The notes below the pieces were generated by a model that saw only the letters and a list, made by a program, of their open reading frames with translations, did no database searches and had not been told where the DNA came from. Of a stretch of 45,045 bases of DNA, positions 36,540-45,045 are shown piece after piece; the stretch's first letter is position 1; each line of letters opens with the position of its first letter. Made by a program: the position numbers and the translations under genes. This stretch comes from a virus (taxonomy: Duplodnaviria > Caudoviricetes): positions 1-45,045 of the IMG/VR virus record IMGVR_UViG_3300019872_000004, one strand, 5' to 3'.

Positions 36540-37294
36540 TGGATGGCGAAGCAGTTAAGGAAATTTCAGCACTCGGCGAACGTGTTGCATCAATGGAGAT
36601 CGACGGGCTTAAGTTCGCCCGTACCAATGGCGGTGCAGGCGACTTCACGGCTGTTCGTGACAAGATTTATCGACCTGCGGCCCTGAATGGTCAAACTCTT
36701 TCGGGTTTGGTCGATTTCATAAAGTCGAACCGCGACAAAATCGACCTGGCAAAATCGAGCATCATGGTAAATTCCTTCGACCAGGTAACCCTATTCCAAG
36801 CCGTATCCGGCTACGACAATGGCAGGTCGACGATTTTTGTATCAAGACTTGATTCGAACCTTCCTAAGTTCAAATTCGAGCAATATATGTCAATCGAGGA
36901 ATTTATCATCAAGACCCGCGCGCTTTTCCAGAAAACGGGCGACCTTGACGAAATTATTTCGATAATCAGCAAGGTCACGAACCAGAACGAGATCAAGCTG
37001 AACGACGACGGTATTTCTCAAGAATTATCAGTTAAACGCGGGGTTTCCGGCGGCTTGAAAGACAAGGCAGAAACGAACGGTATCTACAAACTCGCACCGT
37101 TCAGAACCTTCCGGGAAATCAAGCAGCCGGAATCAAGCTTTATTCTCCGCCTGAAATCGTCCGGGGAGGATTCGTTACCTACCGTTGCATTGTTCGACGC
37201 CGAAGGAGAAATCTGGAGGTATCAAGCGGTACTCGATATCCGCGATTACCTCAAGGAAGCGCTGGGAGCAATAGATATCCCAGTAATCGCATAA
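36539..37294 (+). CDS. Conserved phage protein (second of pair, DUF2303-like context)
   Basis: TLSGLVDFI, DDGISQ, LAPFRTFREIKQPES.FILR, ALFDAEG motifs. Confidence 0.7.
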   Translation: MDGEAVKEISALGERVASMEIDGLKFARTNGGAGDFTAVRDKIYRPAALNGQTLSGLVDFIKSNRDKIDLAKSSIMVNSFDQVTLFQAVSGYDNGRSTIFVSRLDSNLPKFKFEQYMSIEEFIIKTRALFQKTGDLDEIISIISKVTNQNEIKLNDDGISQELSVKRGVSGGLKDKAETNGIYKLAPFRTFREIKQPESSFILRLKSSGEDSLPTVALFDAEGEIWRYQAVLDIRDYLKEALGAIDIPVIA

Positions 37295-37295
37295 A

Positions 37296-37682
37296 GTGAA
37301 CATCCGCGAACTCGACGACCGCGCGTGGCTTGAGCACCCGACGACATGGCCAAACAACCGGGGCGTGACTCGCGATACGCACATTCCATACGGCCTGCCG
37401 CCGCCCAAAATACGGCGACAGGCAGACGGCGGGTTCCGCGAGGATGACGAAGCCAAGAAAGGCGGCGACCGTATTGGGTTTAAGCCTGTAGTGATAACCC
37501 CCGACATGGTCGGCAATACGGTCGCGGTGTTTGTTTCTATCGAAGAAAAAACGGTAAACGACCGGCTCTCAACCGGACAAAAGAAGTGGCATGATTTTGT
37601 GATCGATAACGGCGGTATTTCGGAAATATGGCAGGTTCGGAAAGACGGTGAGATTGAGGTTATAAAGGGGAAAATAGATTGA
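37296..37682 (+). CDS. VRR-NUC-like (PD-(D/E)xK) nuclease
   Basis: GGDRIG..VITPDMVG..VAVFVSIEEK...LSTGQKKW. Confidence 0.75.
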   Translation: MNIRELDDRAWLEHPTTWPNNRGVTRDTHIPYGLPPPKIRRQADGGFREDDEAKKGGDRIGFKPVVITPDMVGNTVAVFVSIEEKTVNDRLSTGQKKWHDFVIDNGGISEIWQVRKDGEIEVIKGKID

Positions 37683-37888
37683 ATACTTTAGGCGATGAAC
37701 TACCGAAAGAACAGGCGCGCGTCAGAGCCTTGATAGTGCAATATCGAGACCCGATTCTACACGGTGCAGGAGAAATCGCGGCGAGGATGATGGAAGCTTC
37801 ACTCCAAGCCGCTGATAAAGCCGTGATAAGTGGCGACGTTGTGGCCATGATATCGGCGCACAAGGATTTGCAGGGTTATACCTCGTGA
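37679..37888 (+). CDS. Hypothetical protein
   Basis: Coupled ORF LGDELPKEQARVR. Confidence 0.6.
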   Translation: MNTLGDELPKEQARVRALIVQYRDPILHGAGEIAARMMEASLQAADKAVISGDVVAMISAHKDLQGYTS

Positions 37889-38139
37889 AAAAATTCACCT
37901 GGCTACTTAGAAAAATCAAACAAACGAGCATCGACTACAAAAAAATATCTGAAACATTCGACTCGAGAGACGAACTATACCGATTGCTGGAAAAGCATTT
38001 TGTGGATCATGGAAACGTCCCTGCGAAATACGAACACGATTGGAACGTGCATTTACGCGACGTAAGGCCATGGCGTAAAATACATGGAATGAGGTTCGGT
38101 CTTTGGTTTTCGTGTTTTCGTGGATCCGAAGTAAAATAG
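37885..38139 (+). CDS. Hypothetical protein
   Basis: GTGA-coupled ORF. Confidence 0.5.
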   Translation: MKKFTWLLRKIKQTSIDYKKISETFDSRDELYRLLEKHFVDHGNVPAKYEHDWNVHLRDVRPWRKIHGMRFGLWFSCFRGSEVK

Positions 38140-38204
38140 ACTGTATCCGCGCGCCGGGGTAGTTTTAACTCCTTTACTTCCTCGGCGCTTTTTTGGAGGA
38201 AGAA

Positions 38205-38453
38205 ATGAAGACACCAATGATCGACCGGGCTTTTTCGCAGTTGTACAAGCAATACCCGCCGAGAACACCCGCCGAAGTTATGGATGAGTTTTCGGACTCG
38301 GTGGAAATTTCGAAGGAAGCCGTAAACAAAAGTTCGCGCACCGCGCTTATACACTCAATTATCCGGGGCCTTGAATGCCTTCTCGAAGATACCCCTTCGC
38401 CGGACTGCCCGAAAATTATCGCGGCGATTGAGGCTGTAAAGGCCATACCATGA
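38205..38453 (+). CDS. Hypothetical protein
   Basis: GGAGG RBS. Confidence 0.55.
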   Translation: MKTPMIDRAFSQLYKQYPPRTPAEVMDEFSDSVEISKEAVNKSSRTALIHSIIRGLECLLEDTPSPDCPKIIAAIEAVKAIP

Positions 38454-38650
38454 GATATACCCTTGAAATTCCCGACAAAATCGCCGAAGTTTTGAAAAAC
38501 ATAGCCACAGAGAAAGAAATTTCAATGGCAGAACTTATGCGAAAGGCGCTCATGACCTACGCTGTTTTGACGAAAGAAATTTCAAAGGGCAAAAGTGTTT
38601 GTCTTACCATCGAAGGAAAAATTGAAAAGGAACTGGTGCTCATACGATGA
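38450..38650 (+). CDS. Ribbon-helix-helix (CopG-like) regulator
   Basis: RYTLEIPDKIAEVLKNIATEKEISMAELMRKAL. Confidence 0.7.
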   Translation: MRYTLEIPDKIAEVLKNIATEKEISMAELMRKALMTYAVLTKEISKGKSVCLTIEGKIEKELVLIR

Positions 38651-38738
38651 ACTTCCGCAAACGCTGGTACCGAAAAAATATTGACTGGCAGTCCGTCGTA
38701 ATATTGATATCGACGGTCCTATTTATATTTTTTGCTTC

Positions 38739-39656
38739 TTGTATCGTAATAGGTGGATTAAAATAAAACTAAACTCCCCAACCCTAAATAAGATCCTTGA
38801 CGGCTACGGCCTTATCGTAGCCCTTGCGATCGATATCCTCATCGTGGGTATTTGTTTCGTCGTCGTATCGCCTGGGGTGATAGAGGCAATAGCCATGGCA
38901 GCGCTGTCGCTTGTCGTGGTACTGTTCGGCGTCCGCGCATGGATCAAGGGCAATAAAGTCTTATGGGCAATGTTCGCCTTCGTCGCCTTTTTCTTCGACC
39001 TGAGTTTCGTACTCGTGAGTACGGACGTGCAATCAAAATCGACCGGGCCTGATACAGAACTCGTGCGGCTCACGACGAAACAGGACGAGGCAGACGCCGA
39101 CGTACGGGATCTGCAACGCCAGTACGACGAGGCAGGTAAGCGCGAGACCATGGACCAGATTTACGGTCAGCTTTTGATTGCTCGCGATGTTTCCGCCGCC
39201 GCAAAAATAGACCGTGACGAACGTCTTCGAGCAAAAGAAAACGCGAAGCCGCCCATAACCGCAGACGGTCTTTTCAGCGCCATACCAGACGCCGTAAAAC
39301 CTAAAAGATGGATACCGCTTATCGTATTCGCTATTCTATTTTCCGGCCTACAACTCACAATCATAAGTGCCGCTACAGACGCGCCCGTTGCCCGCGTCCG
39401 CCGCCGTGACGCCCCCGAAGTCAAAGAGGACGTAGAAAACTGGGTATGGTCAAATTGGGCCGGTAAAAATGGCCGCATTATTTCGTTCGAATCGTTCCGA
39501 AAGTTTTGGGACAGCAAGGGCGGTTTCGACGAAGACATGTACAAAAAAATCAAACAGGCAGCAATTGACTCGGGCGTAATTTCGCCGGGCGACGAAATAT
39601 TGATCGAAGATAAGGCAGAAGCGCAAAGAATTATAGAAATCTCTCTTGACAAATAG
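38739..39656 (+). CDS. Multi-pass membrane protein with coiled coil
   Basis: Three N-terminal hydrophobic helices, coiled coil, a further TM, then soluble tail; start uncertain. Confidence 0.65.
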   Translation: MYRNRWIKIKLNSPTLNKILDGYGLIVALAIDILIVGICFVVVSPGVIEAIAMAALSLVVVLFGVRAWIKGNKVLWAMFAFVAFFFDLSFVLVSTDVQSKSTGPDTELVRLTTKQDEADADVRDLQRQYDEAGKRETMDQIYGQLLIARDVSAAAKIDRDERLRAKENAKPPITADGLFSAIPDAVKPKRWIPLIVFAILFSGLQLTIISAATDAPVARVRRRDAPEVKEDVENWVWSNWAGKNGRIISFESFRKFWDSKGGFDEDMYKKIKQAAIDSGVISPGDEILIEDKAEAQRIIEISLDK

Positions 39657-39673
39657 TGTATAAGGTTTATACT
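39646..39673 (+). promoter_or_regulatory. Sigma70-type promoter with GTGTA motif
   Basis: TTGACA-aata-GTGTA...TATACT, 16-nt spacer, followed by AAGGAG RBS. Confidence 0.7.
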
Positions 39674-39934
39674 GTATTCAAGGAGATTTTACGTGTCAAA
39701 TGACGAACTTATACGCCGTATCGAGCTACTTGTCGACGCGGCTACATGCTGCCTTGACGCAGGCAGACAAGCAATGGCGCTCATATGGTTCAGGCACGCT
39801 CGTGCCTTGGGAGATCGTGTAAATGTCAAATAACGCCGCCCGCCAAATGACGCACATGGTCAAAACACAGGGCTTAATAGCCCGTATGCGCCAGCTCTGC
39901 GACGAGATGGAACAAGAACTAAAGGAGGCAGAAA

Positions 39935-40123
39935 TTGCCAGAAATAACGACGGAGAACACGCGGGTGCGCCTGAGCTACAAGATCAGCGCTAAGGGAAAT
40001 TTTCAGCCTGATATCACGAGCGAGGCGCCGACGGTAGCGGAAGCGATCGCCAATTTGAAGGCAGCGAAGACAGAAATGTCAAAATTCGCGACCGAAAACG
40101 GTTACAAGGAAGGTTCCGAATGA
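39935..40123 (+). CDS. Hypothetical protein
   Basis: AAGGAGG RBS, TTG start. Confidence 0.55.
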   Translation: MPEITTENTRVRLSYKISAKGNFQPDITSEAPTVAEAIANLKAAKTEMSKFATENGYKEGSE

Positions 40124-41283
40124 TCGTCGGAAACGCTGAGACAATAGCCCGCTCTAAAAAAGCGGGCGCGGGCGACAAATCAAACCACGTAAATTGGGAT
40201 GCAATCGAACAGCTCCCCGAGGAATACGAGGCGGTCATAACGGAAATTAAGTACAATCCCGGCAACCTCAAGGAATCCTTTTCCGACGTCGGCAATGACA
40301 CCTACATGCCGAAGCCCGAACTTATGTACGCCATTGCCGAAGCATGTGGTGTCGTCGGTGGCGAAAATTCGGTTACCGAGGCGATGCTTGAGGAAGTCGA
40401 TTGGAACCGAATAAAGGCAAGGATCGGCGAGGCACCGAATCTGGTTCGCGCCAAGGTCGGCGCACGTGTTCGAAAATATGCGTCTGTCATGCAGGAAGAC
40501 GGCACGTTTCGAAAATCAGACGTGTGCACCAGCGAATACAACGCCTATGACCGTTGCTGCGAGTTATGGAGTAAAGAAGAGTCGGACACGAACGGCTACA
40601 GCGTCGAAATCAAAGACGGAAAATATCGAGCGTTCGACAAGGACTTTTATGGCCCGCATTACTTCAAGGGCGACTACGCATACGGCCTGAAATACCGAAC
40701 TCAGTACCAGCGCCAGGCACACTTCGATTCTGAAATGAAATTCGCTCACGCAAAGGCCGAAACAAAGGCGCACTTGAAAACGATTCGGGTACTCGCCGGA
40801 CTCATGACGGGCTACAAAAAAGACGACCTCAAAAGCGGCGTTCTCGTGTTCAGCAAAATTCGGCGGTCGCGCGCAGTCCTGAAAATGGAAACTGGCGCCC
40901 GTCTCGCAGCCCTATCCCGTGGTGAAATCGCAAGCACGCCGACCGTATCACTGTTCGGCCCGCAGGCCGCGCCGACGGAATCTGAACCTCCTGAGCCACG
41001 CGTAGAGGATGCGGTATCGGAACGTATTGACGAAGACTCGCCATTCGGCGCCGAGCCCGAACCGAAAAAAGATCCACGCGCCGAATACATCGCTGTTCTC
41101 GGAAACTATTTCCCAAAGATGATCGCGGCAGACAAGCAAGAAAAAGCCGGTAAAATCATGAATTGGGCAAAGACCAGCATGGACGCAGCGGCGCACAAAG
41201 ATTGGCCCCGTGCTATTGCTTTCCTCAAAGAAGTCGAGGCTGCCCTGCCCGACGAAATGCGCCTGACCCACAAACTCTATTAA
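40120..41283 (+). CDS. Putative single-strand annealing / recombination protein
   Basis: HAKAETKA..KTIR..AGL..GY..DDL motif, acidic Pro-rich linker, next to SbcCD and SSB; function inferred from context. Confidence 0.45.
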   Translation: MIVGNAETIARSKKAGAGDKSNHVNWDAIEQLPEEYEAVITEIKYNPGNLKESFSDVGNDTYMPKPELMYAIAEACGVVGGENSVTEAMLEEVDWNRIKARIGEAPNLVRAKVGARVRKYASVMQEDGTFRKSDVCTSEYNAYDRCCELWSKEESDTNGYSVEIKDGKYRAFDKDFYGPHYFKGDYAYGLKYRTQYQRQAHFDSEMKFAHAKAETKAHLKTIRVLAGLMTGYKKDDLKSGVLVFSKIRRSRAVLKMETGARLAALSRGEIASTPTVSLFGPQAAPTESEPPEPRVEDAVSERIDEDSPFGAEPEPKKDPRAEYIAVLGNYFPKMIAADKQEKAGKIMNWAKTSMDAAAHKDWPRAIAFLKEVEAALPDEMRLTHKLY

Positions 41284-41287
41284 ATTT

Positions 41288-41354
41288 CGCCCCGACGTAA
41301 CGCATTGACAACACACGCGGAGGACGTTTTCTGGTTCAAATCCAGACGGGGCTT
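41288..41354 (+). ncRNA. Degenerate tRNA-like element
   Basis: GCCCCG/CGGGGC acceptor-like stem and perfect T-arm TCTGG-TTCAAAT-CCAGA; D and anticodon arms poor. Confidence 0.4.
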
Positions 41355-41380
41355 GACTAACTGTGTAAATGTTGTACACT
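41353..41380 (+). promoter_or_regulatory. Sigma70-type promoter with GTGTA motif
   Basis: TTGACT-aact-GTGTA...TG-TACACT, 16-nt spacer, then AAGGAG RBS. Confidence 0.65.
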
Positions 41381-41398
41381 GATTCAAAGGAGAATCCA

Positions 41399-44300
41399 TT
41401 GTTAAAATTCATCGAATCCCCCGACATACACGCAGACCCGCGATGGCCAGATATCGTAGAAAAACAGTTCGACGCGATCATAGCGGCCGCACGCACGCAT
41501 GGCGTTGACTTCGTAGCCTTCCCCGGCGACTTGTTCAACAAGCCGTTTGTTGCGACCGACAAAGGCGGCGTCAACCTGCTCCGCCGAAAAATGCGCGAAC
41601 TCGTGGCATTCTGTCCCGTGGTAGCTATTGAGGGCACGCCGGGGCATGAGCCGAAGGGAAGCTACGGCTTTTTGCAGGACGTTGGGCTTGTTTTGTTGGA
41701 GCCTGGGAAAATTTACGCGTACATGTCTCCCGACTTTCCAAATGCCATCGAAGAAATTACCAGCAAAAATGAATCTGCAAACCATGCGGCCATCCTCTTC
41801 GGCATACCCGAACTCAATACCGAGCACATCCTCGCCGACAAATCTCTATCTGCCGAGGAAGCGAACCGCGCCGCCGAAAACTTGTTCGAAAAATACATCG
41901 ACGAATTCGTAGCCCCGCAGCGCGCCCGGTACGCGAACATACCAGCCGTTGGCCTGCTTCACGGCGTCGTATCCGACGTCGAACGCGAACACTCGACGGA
42001 CAGAATCGTCCGCAGCTCGCGAATCCTTGTGCGAACGGAAGTGCTCGCCCGCGCGAACCTCACGCGCTGGTCCCTGGGAGATCAGCATATACCGTGGGAA
42101 TCAGAAAAGATTTTCGGTGGCTACGCAGGATATGCCGGTATGGACGATCATGTGTGGAATTACCTTGATTTCGTGCCGTCTATGAACCTCATCGAAGGCA
42201 ACACCGTAACACGCACCCCCTACGGACTCCCTGAGCGCCGAAAAATATACCGACCACTCGCAGAATACGAACTAGACGTAGCCTACTGGCTCGAAACAGA
42301 CGACGAATCAGCCACGGCCCCCGACGGCCACGCATGGAGCCGCCTGACCTACAAACCGAAACCGAAATCTGAACGACGAGTGGTTCAGACAGAAAAAGAA
42401 CTTACGCTATCTGAACTTTTCAGGATCTACAAACCGGACGTTTCAGAAGCGATAATTTCAAAGGTCGAAACACTGTCCAAATCGGTAAAGCCTGTCGTGA
42501 CCGAGCCTATCGCCGTTTCCGTCATGTCCGTCGAGGTCTTCGGCTCTATTTTCTGGCGCGGAGGTCATATAAAGTACATCCCGGACGCTCCGGGCCTTGT
42601 CGGTATCGGTGGCGACATGGGCGACGGAAAGTCAGCGCTACTCAGTTTTCTCACTCCCTACCCGGTAGTCGTGGGTAAGGACACAGAGTCCGGGAGAAAC
42701 TCCGCGATAAAAGAATTCTTCAACGGCCCGGACGCTCGCATAGAAAAGATCGTGTCACGCAACGGCGTCGAGCACCGGCACGTTATCCAGATTAAGGGCG
42801 CGCACACAAACAGCGCAAGCACGCAATGCTACCTGTATGTCGGCGACACGAACCAGCTTGAAACGACGAGCTTTGACGAAATGATGACGAAATGCGAAGC
42901 CCTATATGGATCGTTTGACGATTACCTTTTGACCACGTTTTATGTGCAGCCGCTACAATCGAAACAAGGTTCGTCCCTCATGTCCGCCACAAAGACCGAC
43001 GCAGGCAAGGTCGTACAGGCAATCGCCGGTGTTGACCGCGAAGCAGAGTCACGTTCGGCGCTCGACCGGGTCTCCGACGCTAAAAAACAGGTCGAAGCGA
43101 AAGAAAGCTGGATCGCTGGGGCCACGGAGTTTATGGCCGATCCCGCGGAACTCGAGGCGACGCTGAAAACTCAGGAAGCCGGAGCCGTAGACGGAAAGAA
43201 AGCACTGGACGCAATAGAAGTCATGGGCAGGGCCGTCGCCGAGCGTGTGGCAGCGTTGCAGGCGTCGAAATTGACGTACGACGCTGAAAATCATCGGAAG
43301 GCCACGGATGAGGCGCGCAACGTCGAAATTGACCGACGTAAGTCGTCTTTGTCTGGCGTCGTCCAACGCCTTGCCACGAACCGTTCCGAACTCAAAATTA
43401 TCGAAGCATGGCGCGCTACGTCTCTGAAAAATCAAGAGCTGAAAAACGGCTACGACTCGGCGGTTATCGCCTGGAATTCTAAACTCGAAGCGGCTCGCAA
43501 AAAAGTGAGGGACTTGAACACCGCCGTTTACGCCGAACAGCGCGCATGGGACACGGAACTTGCAAACGCCAAGCAGGAGGCGTCAGAGCAGAATCAAGAA
43601 CAAGACCGTAACTATCAGAACGCAACCGCCGAGTATCACCGTCGTAAAAACGACCTTGAGGCCAATATTGCGCGGAATAAGCTCGTAATCGTCGAATTAT
43701 GCCCGAAATGCGGATACATAGCGCCAGACGCGCAGGAACGGTTCACGTTGGCACAAACTTTGATAGCCGAGGCCGAGCAATTGCTGTCTGCGCTGTCGGT
43801 TCCCGTCGAACCGACGATATACGTCGAAGTTCCTGCCGCGCTCAATCGACCTCGTCCCGTATCGCTTACAGAACCCGATACTATCCCCGATCCGCTCCCT
43901 ACTCAGCCAGTTTACGGCACGGCTCCGGCTCCGACCCGCGACGAATCAGAAGTCCGGGATGAAATTCAGTCCGCCGAGGCAGCAAGCGTCGAAATTACCG
44001 CGCTTGACAGCGAATTCGCTCGCCTGATAGCTCAGACCTACAACATTGATGAAACTGTACCCGAACGGCTAACCATTGCGCAAAACGAACATGCGCGCCT
44101 CAAGATCGAATATTCAGACGCGCGCGACGCGCTGGCTACGGTCAAAGCGAATATCGAATCAACGAAACTCGCGATAGCCGAGGCCGTGAAACGCAAAGGC
44201 GACATCGACGCCGCTCGCGCTGACCTCGTTGCGCTCGTCAATAACCTGGAAGAATGGCAAACCATCGCGCAGGCGCTACAGGCTAAAAATATCCCAGCTA

Positions 44301-44716
44301 TGGAACTCGAAATAAGCCTCGACGCGATTGACAACGAGGCTACGCGCATCCTTTCACCATTCCAGGCCGGACGGTACACCGTTCGAACCGACACGACTGG
44401 CAAATTCGATATCATGATCTACGACGCCGAGACTGCGCTTGAAACCTCTCTTTTTGCCCGGAACCCTGGCCACAAGTCGTTTTTCTCAGACGCCTACGTA
44501 AAGGCGCTCATACGTCGCCGGAACGAGCGACAGCATCGGTCGTATGACCCTATAATCTACGACGAGGCAGACGCGCCAGTAGGGCAGTCTCATCTTGCCG
44601 CGTATTATCAAGTGCAAGAATCGTATTTCCAGGGCAGCAACACGCATGTTCTCGTCGTGAGCCATAAGGGAAGCGAGTACATAAAAAACGTCATTGACGT
44701 AAAGGAGCTTTACTAA
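41399..44716 (+). CDS. Fused Mre11/SbcD phosphoesterase - Rad50/SbcC ATPase
   Basis: DIH, GDLF, GTPGHE, LHG, LGDQH nuclease motifs; GDMGDGKS Walker A; coiled coils with CPKCG hook; IIYDEAD Walker B; VVSH H-loop. Confidence 0.85.
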   Translation: MLKFIESPDIHADPRWPDIVEKQFDAIIAAARTHGVDFVAFPGDLFNKPFVATDKGGVNLLRRKMRELVAFCPVVAIEGTPGHEPKGSYGFLQDVGLVLLEPGKIYAYMSPDFPNAIEEITSKNESANHAAILFGIPELNTEHILADKSLSAEEANRAAENLFEKYIDEFVAPQRARYANIPAVGLLHGVVSDVEREHSTDRIVRSSRILVRTEVLARANLTRWSLGDQHIPWESEKIFGGYAGYAGMDDHVWNYLDFVPSMNLIEGNTVTRTPYGLPERRKIYRPLAEYELDVAYWLETDDESATAPDGHAWSRLTYKPKPKSERRVVQTEKELTLSELFRIYKPDVSEAIISKVETLSKSVKPVVTEPIAVSVMSVEVFGSIFWRGGHIKYIPDAPGLVGIGGDMGDGKSALLSFLTPYPVVVGKDTESGRNSAIKEFFNGPDARIEKIVSRNGVEHRHVIQIKGAHTNSASTQCYLYVGDTNQLETTSFDEMMTKCEALYGSFDDYLLTTFYVQPLQSKQGSSLMSATKTDAGKVVQAIAGVDREAESRSALDRVSDAKKQVEAKESWIAGATEFMADPAELEATLKTQEAGAVDGKKALDAIEVMGRAVAERVAALQASKLTYDAENHRKATDEARNVEIDRRKSSLSGVVQRLATNRSELKIIEAWRATSLKNQELKNGYDSAVIAWNSKLEAARKKVRDLNTAVYAEQRAWDTELANAKQEASEQNQEQDRNYQNATAEYHRRKNDLEANIARNKLVIVELCPKCGYIAPDAQERFTLAQTLIAEAEQLLSALSVPVEPTIYVEVPAALNRPRPVSLTEPDTIPDPLPTQPVYGTAPAPTRDESEVRDEIQSAEAASVEITALDSEFARLIAQTYNIDETVPERLTIAQNEHARLKIEYSDARDALATVKANIESTKLAIAEAVKRKGDIDAARADLVALVNNLEEWQTIAQALQAKNIPAMELEISLDAIDNEATRILSPFQAGRYTVRTDTTGKFDIMIYDAETALETSLFARNPGHKSFFSDAYVKALIRRRNERQHRSYDPIIYDEADAPVGQSHLAAYYQVQESYFQGSNTHVLVVSHKGSEYIKNVIDVKELY

Positions 44717-44717
44717 A

Positions 44718-45025
44718 ATGCAAGGCTGGATTTGCACGGACCCGGAAGTTAAAGACGTCGGCGGAAAGACCGTCATACGATTTCAACTTTCGGTGTCAGC
44801 GAAATACAAGAAAGACGGCGACAAAAAATGGAAGTCGTTTTTCAGCATCGATTATTGGCCGGTCGACCGCGTGGCCGGCAACGTACAAAGGGAGGTAGCG
44901 AAGCTCAGAAAAGGGCTTGAAGTCTGTTTTGAGGCCGAACCCATACAGGAGCGGTGGGAAAAAGAAGGCCAGAAACACAGCGCGGTGAAATTCGTTGTTG
45001 ACGGATGGGTTCGAATACTCGCACC
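44718..45025 (+). CDS. ssb: Single-stranded DNA-binding protein, 5' part (continues at 118-163; 117 aa total)
   Basis: AAGGAG RBS; MQGWICTDPEVKDVGGKTVIRFQLSV...LRKGLEVCFEAE..QERWEKEGQKHS OB-fold pattern. Confidence 0.85.
44909..45025. repeat. Terminal direct repeat, copy 2
   Basis: Identical to 1-117. Confidence 0.95.
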
Positions 45026-45045
45026 CATCCGTCAACAACGAATTT

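Noticed and set aside
44988-45045. Protelomerase-type hairpin telomere
   Set aside because: No protelomerase gene recognised, only one end is affected, and it would truncate ssb, which is intact through the direct repeat

Overview
The window looks like a complete, circularly permuted ~44.9 kb tailed (siphovirus-like) phage genome. Bases 1-117 repeat 44909-45025, and the SSB gene reads through this junction. The minus-strand late arm carries TerS, TerL, portal, minor head protein, ClpP-type protease, decoration protein, major capsid, head-tail and tail genes, tape measure, baseplate/fibres, amidase, holin and a nested spanin-like pair. The plus-strand early arm carries a primase-helicase, adenine methyltransferase, SF2 helicase, PLD-like protein, two SSB-like proteins, a VRR-NUC-like nuclease, a putative annealing protein and an Mre11-Rad50 (SbcD-SbcC) fusion. 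A symmetric iteron-like region (probable origin) separates the arms. Three islands of small genes interrupt the virion operon, each behind a shared TTGACA-N4-GTGTA promoter. The most notable signal is in the island between terL and portal. An unlisted 53-aa ORF appears to join the N-terminus of Csf1 to the C-terminus of Csf3, and it is coupled to a type IV-B-like cysH carrying a premature stop. This suggests a collapsed, array-less type IV-B CRISPR-Cas operon. No intact integrase, CRISPR array or reverse transcriptase was seen. A spirochaete host is weakly suggested. All family assignments come from motif recognition by eye, with no database searches.
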